A stretch of DNA of 64,000 bases from an uncultured Candidatus Saccharibacteria bacterium (GTDB taxonomy: Bacteria > Patescibacteriota > Minisyncoccia > Phycocordibacterales > GWA1-40-21): positions 19,222 through 83,221 of the forward strand of contig CAZLRP010000002.1 in the NCBI GenBank assembly GCA_964562105.1. Reading direction: 5' to 3'. The notes beneath the pieces are model-generated. The model had not been told where the DNA came from and searched no databases. It saw nothing but the letters and a program-made list of their open reading frames with translations. The stretch's first letter is position 1. Every line of letters begins with the position of its first letter. The translations under genes were made by a program, and so were the position numbers. Of the stretch, positions 24,943 through 34,869 are shown piece by piece.

Positions 24943-27024
24943 TTATATGTCTATATTCGCCAATTTTGCATTTGACTGTATAAAAGCTTTTCTTGATGGG
25001 ACATCTGTTCCCATAAGCATATCAAAAATTTTATCTGCTTCTTGTGCATCATCAATGGTAACTCTCTTCATCATCCTCCTTGCAGGGTCCATCGTTGTTT
25101 CCCAAAGTTCATCTGCATTCATTTCTCCCAAACCTTTATACCTTTGAACTGAAACTTTTGGACCTCTTTTATTTTCAACCTCCGTATTTTCAGCAACTTC
25201 CTCTTCTACAGATTCAACTTCAGCTACCTCAGTATCAGAAATTTTTGACTTTTTAAAAAATGTTTCTTTTTCTTCCTCTGTATAAAAATAATGAACTTCT
25301 TTTCCTACCTTAACTTTGTAAAGTGGTGGCTGAGCAATACAAATATGTCCGCCGTCAATCAACGGTTTAAAATATCTATAGAACAAAGTCAGAAGAAGAG
25401 TCGTGATGTGCGCTCCATCAACATCTGCATCAGTTGCAATAATTATTTTATGATATCTTAATTTTTCAATATCAAATGTATCACCTATCGCAGCACCAAG
25501 TGCAACAACAAGATTTTTAATTTGTTCGGAATCAAGCATTTTATCAAGTCTTGCTCTTTCAACATTCAAAATTTTTCCTCTGAGCGGAAGAATAGCTTGT
25601 ATTTTTCTATCACGTCCCATTTTTGCCGTACCGCCTGCAGAATCTCCCTCCACAATAATCAACTCTGATTCCGAAGCGTCCTTACTCTGACAATCCGCGA
25701 GCTTTCCTGGAAGTGTCATTCCTTCAAGTGCTCCTTTCCTAAGAATAGAATCCTTTGCAGCCTTAGCTGCTTTTCTGGCCTTAAGAGCCAAAATTACCTT
25801 AGAAATTATCGCTCTGGCATCATCTGGGTTTTCCTCAAGAAACATACCAAAAGCCTCTCCAAAGACCTCTTCTACAGCACCGCGGGCCTCTACAGAACCG
25901 AGTTTTGCTTTAGTTTGTCCTTCAAATTGTATTTCGCGAATTTTTACAGAAATAACAGCAGTCAAACCTTCAAGCACATCATCTCCGGTAAAATTATCCT
26001 CGCTTTCTTTTGTGAGATTATTCTTTCTAGCATAATTATTTAATGATCTCGTGAGAGAGGTTTTGAAACCTGTGATATGTGTTCCTCCTTCCGGAGTTTC
26101 AATATCATTGGCGAATGCCATAATTCTAGAAGAAATATCATCTACATATTGCAAAGAAATTTCCACCGACTCAACTCCTGTTGCTTTTTTCTCAATATAA
26201 AAAACATTTTTGTGTATTGGCTTTTGAAATTGATTGTAAAACTTAACAAGAGATAAAAGACCTCCCTCAAAACAAAACGATTGAGATGGGGCTTCTATTC
26301 CATATTCTGAAAAATAAAATATTTCCTTATCACCAAATTTTTCCGTAACTTCTCTTGCATCAATAGCGGTAATTTTTAAACTTTTTACAAGATATGCTTG
26401 TTGTCTCATATGAGAAACAACTCTATTAAAATCAAAAACTATTCCTTCTTTAAAAATTTCTGGATCCGGTTCAAAATTTACCACAGTCCCGTGATTGCTT
26501 GTTTTTCCAATTTTCTTAACAGAAGACTTTACTTTTCCTCTAGCATATTCTTGCATGTATGCAGTACCTTCTTTATGCACAATTACTTTCATATAAGTAG
26601 AAAGTGCATTCACAACTGAAGCTCCCACTCCGTGAAGTCCTCCGGAAACTTTGTATCCGGTGCCTTCTCCTCCAAACTTTCCTCCTGCATGAAGTACGGT
26701 CATAATCGTTTCAAGCGCAGAAACTTTTGTTTGTTTGTGAATATCAATAGGAATGCCTCTTCCGTTATCCGTAACTCTTACTCTGTTTCCTGGCAACAAA
26801 ACTACTTCAATACGGTCAGCAAAACCGCCCATAGCTTCATCGCGGGCATTATCAAAAATTTCAGTAATAAGATGCTGTAATCCATCGGGCCCCGTTGTCC
26901 CAATATACATCCCAGGACGCCTTCTAACCGGCTCTAAACCCTCAAGGACTTGAATGGAACTGGCATCATATTTAGCCTCTTTTTTGCTGTTTTTTACCTC
27001 TTTTTCGTCTTTATTTTTTGCCAT
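24943..27024 (-). CDS. gyrB: DNA gyrase subunit B
   Basis: GHKL ATPase N-terminus (LEGLEPVRRRPGMYIGTTG...ITEIFDNARDE), Toprim (EGDSAGG). Confidence 0.9.
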   Translation of the reverse strand: MAKNKDEKEVKNSKKEAKYDASSIQVLEGLEPVRRRPGMYIGTTGPDGLQHLITEIFDNARDEAMGGFADRIEVVLLPGNRVRVTDNGRGIPIDIHKQTKVSALETIMTVLHAGGKFGGEGTGYKVSGGLHGVGASVVNALSTYMKVIVHKEGTAYMQEYARGKVKSSVKKIGKTSNHGTVVNFEPDPEIFKEGIVFDFNRVVSHMRQQAYLVKSLKITAIDAREVTEKFGDKEIFYFSEYGIEAPSQSFCFEGGLLSLVKFYNQFQKPIHKNVFYIEKKATGVESVEISLQYVDDISSRIMAFANDIETPEGGTHITGFKTSLTRSLNNYARKNNLTKESEDNFTGDDVLEGLTAVISVKIREIQFEGQTKAKLGSVEARGAVEEVFGEAFGMFLEENPDDARAIISKVILALKARKAAKAAKDSILRKGALEGMTLPGKLADCQSKDASESELIIVEGDSAGGTAKMGRDRKIQAILPLRGKILNVERARLDKMLDSEQIKNLVVALGAAIGDTFDIEKLRYHKIIIATDADVDGAHITTLLLTLFYRYFKPLIDGGHICIAQPPLYKVKVGKEVHYFYTEEEKETFFKKSKISDTEVAEVESVEEEVAENTEVENKRGPKVSVQRYKGLGEMNADELWETTMDPARRMMKRVTIDDAQEADKIFDMLMGTDVPSRKAFIQSNAKLANIDI

Positions 27025-27184
27025 AAATTAAAAATAGCTGTTAGCTTTTTATACCTAAATTATAGCAAATTTTCATGATAAAAGGAAGCCAAAAATGAGC
27101 ATTTTATCCTCTTGTATATTTGGTTATTTGTGTTATTCTAGCTATCGGATTAGTACAAAAAAAACTTTTGAGGGAGGTGGAAAT

Positions 27185-27361
27185 ATGACAAAATCAGAGG
27201 AACTTTCCAAAATTCTTGATGAGATTGTCACAAAAGCAAAAAAACAAGGAGTGGAGAGAGACGATATCGCGCAAGAAACAATCGAACTGATTGCCAAAGG
27301 ATGTCAGATTCCTGTGGAAGAAGTTCATACGCACCTCGATCAAAAGTGGAATTTAAAATAA
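27185..27361 (+). CDS. Small hypothetical protein (58 aa)
   Basis: SD GGAGGTG 6 nt upstream of the ATG at 27185. Downstream hairpin with T-run at 27366-27400. Confidence 0.4.
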   Translation: MTKSEELSKILDEIVTKAKKQGVERDDIAQETIELIAKGCQIPVEEVHTHLDQKWNLK

Positions 27362-27410
27362 TGATAAAAAAGCACCAATTTTTATTCTTGGTGCTTTTTA
27401 TTTTTATTTA

Positions 27411-29378
27411 CTACCTGACCTGCCAACCATCATTCGCATTCATTTTTTCAGTGATTTTTGCCATAATAACATTTACTTCGTCATCAGTAAGAGTTCTATC
27501 ATAAGATTGAAAAACAATTCTGTATGCATACGACGTCTTTTTTGTTCCGTCTTCAAAAGTTTTGGTAAATACGTCAAACAATCTGTTCTTTATCATAAGT
27601 TCGCCAGCTTCCTTGTTTATTATTTCCAAAACATTTTCCGCTTTTGTCTCTTCTGGAGTAAATACAGCAATATCGCGTATCATAAATGGAAACTGGGAAA
27701 TTTTCTTATATTTTTTATTTTTATCGCCGATTTCTGAAAAATCGTATTCTGTCATGTCGGGGAACTTTTCAAGCATTTTCTCAAAATTAAATTCGGCGAT
27801 ATTCTCTTCTTGATTTATCTTTATTAATTTTGTATTTAATTTCTTTTCAATTACAACAATTACATCATTTATAACATCCTGCTCCTTTGGTTTTTTTAAA
27901 CCTATCGGATTTTTGACACCAATTACAAAATTACTTTCTTCCCCACTATTTTTAAATACGTGTCCGAATTCAAAAATTTTTATCTGTGGCATATCCACAA
28001 GCTCAGAATATCTTGAATTAAAATCTAAACTTTCTTTTAAACCGTCTGTGAGATTTGTCCTTAAAAACTTTTTTTCCGGAGACATTGGATTAGAAAGCTC
28101 AATCTCGCCTTTTTCCACAAAAGTGTAATTTATCACCTCCGAAAAACCCTCTTCATAAAGAATTCTTCTGATTTTTTCTTTATATGTAAAACCTTTGTCT
28201 ATTTTTACTTTCTCTGTATTTTTAGGAACAGGGATATCTTTTATTTTTTCGTAGCCATAAACTCTACCAATTTCCTCGGCCAAATCTTCTTTGATTCTCA
28301 AATCCAATCTTTCATCCGGAACTACAATTACAAACTCGTCACCTTCTTTTTTCCACTCAAATCCAAATCTGTTAAATATGTCTTCTATATCAGAATCTTT
28401 TATTAGAACACCTATTATTAAACTAGCTTCTTCCGCTCTAATTCCGAGTTTGATCTTTTCTGCCTTAGTTGGATAATTATCTACAACTTCTCCAACTTTT
28501 GTATCTTTTGTGCCAGCAATCTCTACAATAAGTTTTGTAAGAATATCCATTGCTTCACCACAAAGTTCTTGAGTCAGGTCGTTTTCATATCTCTTTGAAG
28601 CATCTGTCTGAATCTTTATTTTTTGCGCAGTTTTTCTTATTAAAACTGGATTAAAACTCGCTGATTCAAGAATTATATTTTTTGTATTTGTTTCAAGCTC
28701 GGCATAATTTCCTCCTTTTATTCCAGCAATAGCCAAAGGATTTTCTCCATCGGTAATAAGCAAAACACTTTCATCCAGATCTACTTCTTTTTTATCAAGC
28801 GTCGTAATTTTTTCTCCGTTCTTAGCATTTTTAACTACAATCTGTATTAATCCGCGTTCATCTGCGTTTTTGTTATCCGCATTCATCTGCGTTAATTTGT
28901 CCACGTCAAAGGCATGCATCGGCTGACCGATTTCCAACATCACAAAATTTGTCGCATCAACAATATTATTTATTGACCTTTGTCCTAACGTTTCGAGTTT
29001 TTCCTTAAGCCATGCTGGAGATGGGCCAACTTTTATATTTTCAACAACTCTTCCGATATATCTTCTGCATAAATTCGCATTTTCAATTATAACTCTCAAA
29101 TCTTTTGAGGTTTTTGAGACTGAAAAATCTTTAAAAACTTTTGAGCATAAATTCGGTTTGATTCCGGTCAGAACTCCGATTTCACGAGCAATTCCTCGAT
29201 GACAAAGACAACTGTGATTATTATTTGGAAGAGTTTTTGCATCAATCACAGTGTCATCGCCAATTTTTTCCAAGCTTTCAATCTCCATAGTGTGCATGGT
29301 CAAAATCTCCTCTATTTTTTGTGGAGCCGGTGCTTTGCCGTCAAAATATTCATTTAGCCATTTGTATGAAACTTTCAT
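27411..29378 (-). CDS. pheT: Phenylalanyl-tRNA synthetase beta subunit
   Basis: MKVSYKWLNEYF N-terminus, B3/4 and B5 regions. 655 aa. Confidence 0.85.
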   Translation of the reverse strand: MKVSYKWLNEYFDGKAPAPQKIEEILTMHTMEIESLEKIGDDTVIDAKTLPNNNHSCLCHRGIAREIGVLTGIKPNLCSKVFKDFSVSKTSKDLRVIIENANLCRRYIGRVVENIKVGPSPAWLKEKLETLGQRSINNIVDATNFVMLEIGQPMHAFDVDKLTQMNADNKNADERGLIQIVVKNAKNGEKITTLDKKEVDLDESVLLITDGENPLAIAGIKGGNYAELETNTKNIILESASFNPVLIRKTAQKIKIQTDASKRYENDLTQELCGEAMDILTKLIVEIAGTKDTKVGEVVDNYPTKAEKIKLGIRAEEASLIIGVLIKDSDIEDIFNRFGFEWKKEGDEFVIVVPDERLDLRIKEDLAEEIGRVYGYEKIKDIPVPKNTEKVKIDKGFTYKEKIRRILYEEGFSEVINYTFVEKGEIELSNPMSPEKKFLRTNLTDGLKESLDFNSRYSELVDMPQIKIFEFGHVFKNSGEESNFVIGVKNPIGLKKPKEQDVINDVIVVIEKKLNTKLIKINQEENIAEFNFEKMLEKFPDMTEYDFSEIGDKNKKYKKISQFPFMIRDIAVFTPEETKAENVLEIINKEAGELMIKNRLFDVFTKTFEDGTKKTSYAYRIVFQSYDRTLTDDEVNVIMAKITEKMNANDGWQVR

Positions 29379-29403
29379 GATTGATCTGGTATTTAAATTT
29401 AAT

Positions 29404-29449
29404 TATTTGTAGCCATTTGTATCATTCGAATAATTTGTATATTCGTATG
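29404..29449 (+). promoter_or_regulatory. ATTCGTA/ATTTGTA heptamer array (motif copy B) between pheS and pheT
   Basis: ttatttgtagccatttgtatcattcgaataatttgtatattcgtatg. Same order and orientation on the + strand as copy A. Confidence 0.5.
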
Positions 29450-29456
29450 TTCATCT

Positions 29457-30221
29457 TCAAAATTGATTTACCAACCTCAAATCCCCTGAGTAAAACAGTC
29501 TGATATCATCTATCCCGTATTTCATCATTGCCAATCGTTCCACAGAACCACCGAAGGCAAAACCTGTCCATTCATCCGGATTTATTCCAACATTTTTCAA
29601 AACTTTCGGATGCACAATTCCCGCTCCCATTACTTCCACCCAGCCGGTTCCTTTGCATACTGGGCAACCAGCCTCTCCCCCGTTGCATTTAAAACAAGAA
29701 ATATCTATTTCCGCCCCAGGCTCAACAAACGGAAAATAACTTGGCCTGAATCTGACATTAATATCTTTTTCAAAAAATTTATCAAAAAAAACGTTTACGA
29801 CAGACTTAAGGTTTGCCAAAGAAACATTTTTATCTACATACAAACCTTCAAATTGTTGGAACTGCATTTCATGCGTAGCATCAGTCGCTTCTTTTCTATA
29901 AACTTTACCTGGACAAATTATTCTAAAAGGAAGTTTTTTATTTTCTTCCATAAAATGAACTTGCATCGGGCTTGTGTGCGTTCGCAATAATTTATTTTCC
30001 ACACCAGGCGAATTTTTATTCGGTTTGACCCAAAAAGTATCCTGCATATCTCTTGCTGGGTGATCCTTAGGAACATTTAGAGCATCGAAGTTGTAATATT
30101 CCGTTTCCAATTCTGGTCCATCAGTAAGAGTGAATCCCATTTCAAAAAAAATCTTATTGATGTCGTTTATCACTCGGGTAATCGGATGAACATGTACGGT
30201 TTTTTTGTCCAAATTTTGCAT
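29457..30221 (-). CDS. pheS: Phenylalanyl-tRNA synthetase alpha subunit
   Basis: Class-II motifs ...FRPSYFPFVEPGAE...GFAFGGSVERLAMMKYGIDDIRLF. Confidence 0.9.
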   Translation of the reverse strand: MQNLDKKTVHVHPITRVINDINKIFFEMGFTLTDGPELETEYYNFDALNVPKDHPARDMQDTFWVKPNKNSPGVENKLLRTHTSPMQVHFMEENKKLPFRIICPGKVYRKEATDATHEMQFQQFEGLYVDKNVSLANLKSVVNVFFDKFFEKDINVRFRPSYFPFVEPGAEIDISCFKCNGGEAGCPVCKGTGWVEVMGAGIVHPKVLKNVGINPDEWTGFAFGGSVERLAMMKYGIDDIRLFYSGDLRLVNQF

Positions 30222-30268
30222 AACCCCAATTATACAGAATTTTTACCTTTTTGCATCATATATGTTGT

Positions 30269-30339
30269 GCCATTCCCGTGAAAACGGAAATCTAGATTGA
30301 ATTAAATTAATTTTGGATTCCCGTTTTCACGGGAATGGC
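30269..30339. repeat. Family-B REP-like palindromic element copy 1 (GCCATTCCCG...CGGGAATGGC)
   Basis: Outer IR plus two internal ATTCCCG-loop-CGGGAAT hairpins and the shared core AATCTAGATTGAATTAAATTAATTTTGGATTCCC. Confidence 0.7.
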
Positions 30340-30345
30340 AGATGT

Positions 30346-30375
30346 GAAGAGCGGCGCCGAAGGCGCCGCTCTTTT
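30346..30375. terminator. GC-rich hairpin agagcggcgcc-gaa-ggcgccgctct + T-run
   Basis: 11-bp stem. Intergenic between pheS and the GT2 gene. Confidence 0.5.
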
Positions 30376-30472
30376 AAATTCTTAAATTAACTATTTTTAT
30401 ACCACATTTTCACTTTTTTCTTCGTACAAAATCCATATTTAAAGCTTTTTTTATATAATAAAAAGTGCTATA

Positions 30473-31711
30473 TTGATGTTTATGATTTCGAATTATATCG
30501 TATATATAGCTTTATTCTTTTCCCTGTATTTCGAGGTTTTTGTGATGATAACCTATATTGAAAAAAGGAAAATCATAAAAACCGAATATCAAAAAATAAA
30601 TCCAAAAAAATGGCTCTCCGTCAATATTATCGTGCCTTGCTTTAATGAAAGCACCACAGTAATTGCAACCATAAATTCTCTGCTAAGTCTGGATTATCCT
30701 AAAGATAAATTAAAAATAATAGCCGTAGATGACGGAAGCACGGACAATACTTTTGAAGTATTACAAATTTTTAAAGACAATCCTCAAGTGCAAATTCATC
30801 ACAAAGAAAACGGCGGGAAATACACGGCATTGAATTTTGGCATTGAAAATAGCAAGTCCGATCTTTTGGGTTGTCTTGACGCCGATTCGTTCGTAGACAA
30901 AGATGCTTTGAAAAATATGCTTCCATATTTTGAAAATGAAAGAATAATGGCTGTCGTTCCGTCCATAAAAACATTTGAGTCGAAAAATCTCGTGCAAAAG
31001 ATGCAAATTACCGAATATGGTTGGGGTATTTTTATTAGAAAAATATTCTCATATTTAAATGCGCTTCATGTTACCCCAGGACCTTTCACTATTTTTCGCA
31101 GAAAAGTCTTCAAAAATATAGGAAAATATAGACATGCTCATCACACCGAAGATCTAGAAATGGCACTCCGAATGCAAAAAAACAATTATAAGATAGTAAA
31201 TAGCCACAGATCTATTGTTTATACCGTAACTCCGAATACCATTAAAACTTTATATAAACAAAGGCGCAGATGGACATATGGCTTTTTGAAAAACGTTATA
31301 GACTACAAAACTATGTTTTTTAAAAAAGAATATGGAAATCTTGGGTTCTTCGTTTTACCTCTCTCGGTAATATCCGTTTTCACTAGCATTTATTTAGCTA
31401 CAAATTTTGTAATAGCAAATGCAAATAAACTTTTTGAACAAATAACAAAAATTAAGATGGTGGGCATCACTTTTACCAAGTTTAATTTTGATTGGTTTTA
31501 CTTTAATACAAGCTTGTCGTCTATAATAGCCATAATTATCGTACTGACAAGCATTGCCATAATTTTAATATCAATAAAGTTATCAGAGGGAAAAATAAAA
31601 ATAAAATCCGGGTTCTTTTATTTTATATTCTTATATCCATTTATTGCTCCGCTATGGCTCGCAAGTGCAGTATTTAATACTCTTTTTTCAAAAACAATAA
31701 CATGGAGATAA
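30473..31711 (+). CDS. Family-2 glycosyltransferase (membrane, cellulose/chitin-synthase-like)
   Basis: IIVPCFNESTTV...IIAVDDGSTDNT, DAD-like (DADS), QRRRW-like motif (QRRRWTYG), flanking TM helices. Confidence 0.8.
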   Translation: MMFMISNYIVYIALFFSLYFEVFVMITYIEKRKIIKTEYQKINPKKWLSVNIIVPCFNESTTVIATINSLLSLDYPKDKLKIIAVDDGSTDNTFEVLQIFKDNPQVQIHHKENGGKYTALNFGIENSKSDLLGCLDADSFVDKDALKNMLPYFENERIMAVVPSIKTFESKNLVQKMQITEYGWGIFIRKIFSYLNALHVTPGPFTIFRRKVFKNIGKYRHAHHTEDLEMALRMQKNNYKIVNSHRSIVYTVTPNTIKTLYKQRRRWTYGFLKNVIDYKTMFFKKEYGNLGFFVLPLSVISVFTSIYLATNFVIANANKLFEQITKIKMVGITFTKFNFDWFYFNTSLSSIIAIIIVLTSIAIILISIKLSEGKIKIKSGFFYFIFLYPFIAPLWLASAVFNTLFSKTITWR

Positions 31712-32415
31712 AAAACGACAGGGAAAAAACGGACTGGCTTAAATATTTTTATACTTTTGTTATTACCGCTTTGATTTTTGTTACGGCAATATACATAAGC
31801 AACTACTTCAGCAATAAAAAATTGGGTCAACTAAAAACAATGGAAGATAAGATATCTCTGGATATACTTTCTTCGGAAATACAGTTCTCCCTGCTATCCG
31901 AATCATCGTGCCAAGATATTGATGACAATACTCTTTCTAGGGAAGTCAGCCAACTTGGAGATAAGCTTTCTTATACCGAGGGAAAAATCGGTTCAGATAA
32001 TCCAGATTTCATAAATTTAAAAACGTATTATTCTTTGCTTGAAATAAAAGATTATCTTTTAATGAAAAAAATTAGCGATAAATGCAAAGATAAGCCGGTT
32101 TTTATACTCTACTTTTACTCAAATGATAAGAATTCTTGTCCAGATTGTCAAAAAGAAGGGTATGTGCTGACAAAACTGCACGAAATGTATCCATTAATCA
32201 GAATATATTCATTTGATTATGATTTTAATATATCAACGATAGAAACTTTAAAATCAATATATAAGATAGAGAATAGGCTTCCTGCAATGTATATAAATGG
32301 AAAAATTCAATACGGATTAAAAAACATTGATGAAATAAAAAAGATTATACCTGAGACAAAGGTTTGGGATAAAGAAGCTGCGGCAAGCAGTACGTCAAAT
32401 GGACCAGGAAATTAA
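31702..32415 (+). CDS. Membrane-anchored hypothetical protein (overlaps the GT2 gene by 10 nt; probable operon partner)
   Basis: N-terminal TM. No recognised catalytic motif. Confidence 0.5.
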   Translation: MEIKNDREKTDWLKYFYTFVITALIFVTAIYISNYFSNKKLGQLKTMEDKISLDILSSEIQFSLLSESSCQDIDDNTLSREVSQLGDKLSYTEGKIGSDNPDFINLKTYYSLLEIKDYLLMKKISDKCKDKPVFILYFYSNDKNSCPDCQKEGYVLTKLHEMYPLIRIYSFDYDFNISTIETLKSIYKIENRLPAMYINGKIQYGLKNIDEIKKIIPETKVWDKEAAASSTSNGPGN

Positions 32416-32514
32416 ATTTTTTAAAAAACAGATAGATTTTTCTAAAAAATACTGGTTTTTTCTGTAATAATGTGTATAATATCCGCTAGTTGAGTATAAA
32501 CACCCTTTAATTAC

Positions 32515-32587
32515 GCCACCTTAGCTCAGTTGGTAGAGCAACGCTTTTGTAAAGCGAAGGTCCCCAGTTCAAGTCTGGGAGGTGGCT
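32515..32587 (+). tRNA. tRNA-Thr (anticodon TGT)
   Basis: Cloverleaf: acceptor GCCACCT/AGGTGGC, D-arm GCTC-AGTTGGTA-GAGC, anticodon loop TTTGTAA, T-arm CCCAG-TTCAAGT-CTGGG. No encoded CCA. Confidence 0.85.
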
Positions 32588-32736
32588 CAATAAAAAAAAT
32601 CCCTTATCAGGTTTTTTATTGAGTTACCTCAGAAAGCAAACTGCTTTGCTTTCGTCCAGACTTGAAAGACTTTTCCGTATCGAATGAAATGAAAATGGAA
32701 AAGTACCTGGCTACGTGGTAGCCAAGTCTGGGAGGT

Positions 32737-32755
32737 GGCTCCAAAAACAAAAACC
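32737..32755 (+). repeat. 19-bp direct repeat of the tRNA-Thr 3' end (CAAGTCTGGGAGGTGGCTC)
   Basis: Identical to 32570-32588. Lies about 150 bp downstream of the tRNA. An inverted partial copy (tccagacttgaaag) also occurs between. Confidence 0.7.
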
Positions 32756-32777
32756 ACTTATTTTTAAGTGGTTTTAA

Positions 32778-33158
32778 TTATGATAAATTCTTTTTTCTTA
32801 AAGAATTTTTGTAGTCTGTAACATTTTTAAGAAAAAAAGATACTGAATTTTTATTCATCTGGTTAGGTTTTTGCGGACTTAAAAAAAATGTGGGCTGTTT
32901 GCTATCAAACCTTCTTTTTAAATAAATTACTTCTTTTTTTATAAAGTTGACAATAGCTACCGTTAACCTGTGAAAATTTTTAAATTTTATCTTGGAAAAG
33001 ATATTTCTGCTTTTGCTGACTATTTTATGGCAATGTTCATCATTTTTACAAACTATATTTGAGATAACTTCATGGTGTTCAAAAGATATGCCAAAATACT
33101 TCATCGTAAACATTAGAATCAGAAAAAGTAATGATGTATAAAATAAAGTTATAGACAT
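32778..33158 (-). CDS. Hypothetical protein (126 aa); weak
   Basis: ORF only. Hydrophobic N-terminus. Confidence 0.25.
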   Translation of the reverse strand: MSITLFYTSLLFLILMFTMKYFGISFEHHEVISNIVCKNDEHCHKIVSKSRNIFSKIKFKNFHRLTVAIVNFIKKEVIYLKRRFDSKQPTFFLSPQKPNQMNKNSVSFFLKNVTDYKNSLRKKNLS

Positions 33159-33255
33159 AATTTAAAAAGTTGTAGCTTATTAGCCTTTTAGCTTATACTG
33201 AGACACACATGTAATTATATTCCCCAAGAAGATAAAAAGCTACAAGCCAATTCTC

Positions 33256-33843
33256 CTACTTAGTTGTACTGAAACGAACAAATCTGGCTATTTCTATCTT
33301 TTCGCCAAACTTTTGTATGGCATTCTGAATAAGCGTATTTATAGTGATGCTTGGATCTTTTATAAAATCCTGTTCTATCAATATTCTTTCTTTGAAAAAT
33401 GCATCGAGTTTGCCATTTAATATTTTTTCCCTCATAGCCTCTGGTTTATCTTTAACTTCATCAAGAAAAGCATTCGAGACTTTTGTTTTTTCAGCTTCAG
33501 ATACGTCTTCTTTTTTGATATAAGCAGGATCAGTAGCCGCTATCTGCATGGCAATATCATATGCCAGCTTTTGAAAATCTTCGTGTTTAGACACAAAATC
33601 TGATTCGGAACAAAGCTCTACCAAAACCCCAACTGAGCCTATTCCGTGAACATAAGACACTATTCTGCTTGATTTTAAAACTCTATCTGCTTTTTTGGCG
33701 GCTGTTTCTGCTCCTTTTTTTTGAAGATACACCATAGCCTTGCTCATATCACCGCTAGCATCTTCAAGAGCTTTCTTGCACTGCATTATTGATATTCCAG
33801 TTTTCTCGCGAAGTTCTTTTACTAATTCCATTGATATATCCAT
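33256..33843 (-). CDS. tsf: Elongation factor Ts (short form)
   Basis: ELVKELREKTGISIMQCKKAL, a UBA-like N-terminus; the start may be the MELVK Met. Adjacent to rpsB. Confidence 0.9.
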   Translation of the reverse strand: MDISMELVKELREKTGISIMQCKKALEDASGDMSKAMVYLQKKGAETAAKKADRVLKSSRIVSYVHGIGSVGVLVELCSESDFVSKHEDFQKLAYDIAMQIAATDPAYIKKEDVSEAEKTKVSNAFLDEVKDKPEAMREKILNGKLDAFFKERILIEQDFIKDPSITINTLIQNAIQKFGEKIEIARFVRFSTTK

Positions 33844-33920
33844 AAATAATAAGTTTAAAAGTTGAAAGTTATAAAGTTAACACAAAAAAATAAAATCAAA
33901 CAAATACGGGAGCAATTATA

Positions 33921-34679
33921 CTACACTTTTTCTGACTTTCCAGCTTTGTATGATTTTACTATTTCTGACACGAAAAATGCGACACTTGAAATAGATGCGT
34001 CATTAGCAACTATCGGGAAATCAATAATTTTAATATTGCAATCTGTATTGGCAAGCGCAATTACTGGAATTCCAGCTTTTTTAGCTTCAGCTACCGCAAT
34101 AAATTCTTTTTTGGGATCAATTACAAATAAAGCCTTTGGAGCGTCTTTCATTATTACTATGCCTGAAAACATTTCTTCTAGATTAGCTATTTCTCTATCA
34201 ATAAGTAGTCGTTCCTTTTTTGTATATTTTGATAACTCCCCTTTTTCTTTTTGTTTTTGCAAATCTTCAAATTTAGCAATCCTTTTTTTAATTTCTGCAA
34301 AGTTTGTAATAGCGCCTCCTATCCATCTTCCATCTACATATGGCATATTAATAGATTCTGCGCCAATTTTTAAGGCGGTTCTTGCTTCGTTTTTTCCTCC
34401 AACAAAAAGTATTTGTTTTCCCGATTTGGCAAGATCCGAGACAAATTTTTTGGCTTTCTCAAGCTGTTCATTTGTCTTTTCCAGATCTATTATCTCCACT
34501 TTGTTTTTTGTTCCAAAAATAAAAGGCGATGTTGAGGCGTCTCTTCTAGATTTTTGATAACCAAAATGAGCGCCTGCTTTGAACATAGCGTCAATCGTAT
34601 CGTTGTTTTTTGGTTGCACTAAAGCTGTTGAATGTGCCGAAGTCTGACTTGTTAAATGTGTTTTTTTTTCTTCTACCAT
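33921..34679 (-). CDS. rpsB: 30S ribosomal protein S2
   Basis: AGAHFGYQKSRRDASTSPFIFG...ILFVGGKNEA. Confidence 0.9.
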   Translation of the reverse strand: MVEEKKTHLTSQTSAHSTALVQPKNNDTIDAMFKAGAHFGYQKSRRDASTSPFIFGTKNKVEIIDLEKTNEQLEKAKKFVSDLAKSGKQILFVGGKNEARTALKIGAESINMPYVDGRWIGGAITNFAEIKKRIAKFEDLQKQKEKGELSKYTKKERLLIDREIANLEEMFSGIVIMKDAPKALFVIDPKKEFIAVAEAKKAGIPVIALANTDCNIKIIDFPIVANDASISSVAFFVSEIVKSYKAGKSEKV

Positions 34680-34869
34680 AGTTTTCCGAGTATATCAGAA
34701 TATAAAAAAATATCAAGATAGTTTGATATTGTAGTTGCTATGGTTTTTAAAAAACGGTTGAATTTTCGCTCTGCGAAAATTCAACCGTTTTTGTATTAAG
34801 TAATCTATAATATTACAACAACTAAAACATCACTATGGATATCCCTTCGTATCATTGTTAATTTCTGCG

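Noticed and set aside
29404-29449. Heptamer array copy B as a leader for pheT
   Set aside because: It is antisense relative to pheT and lies in the pheS 3' region. It was kept as a family member, but a leader role for pheT is not supported.
32640-32755. Second tRNA gene downstream of tRNA-Thr
   Set aside because: Only the 3' 19 nt and a partial inverted T-arm are present. No D-arm or anticodon arm can be formed. Treated as a duplicated att-like fragment.
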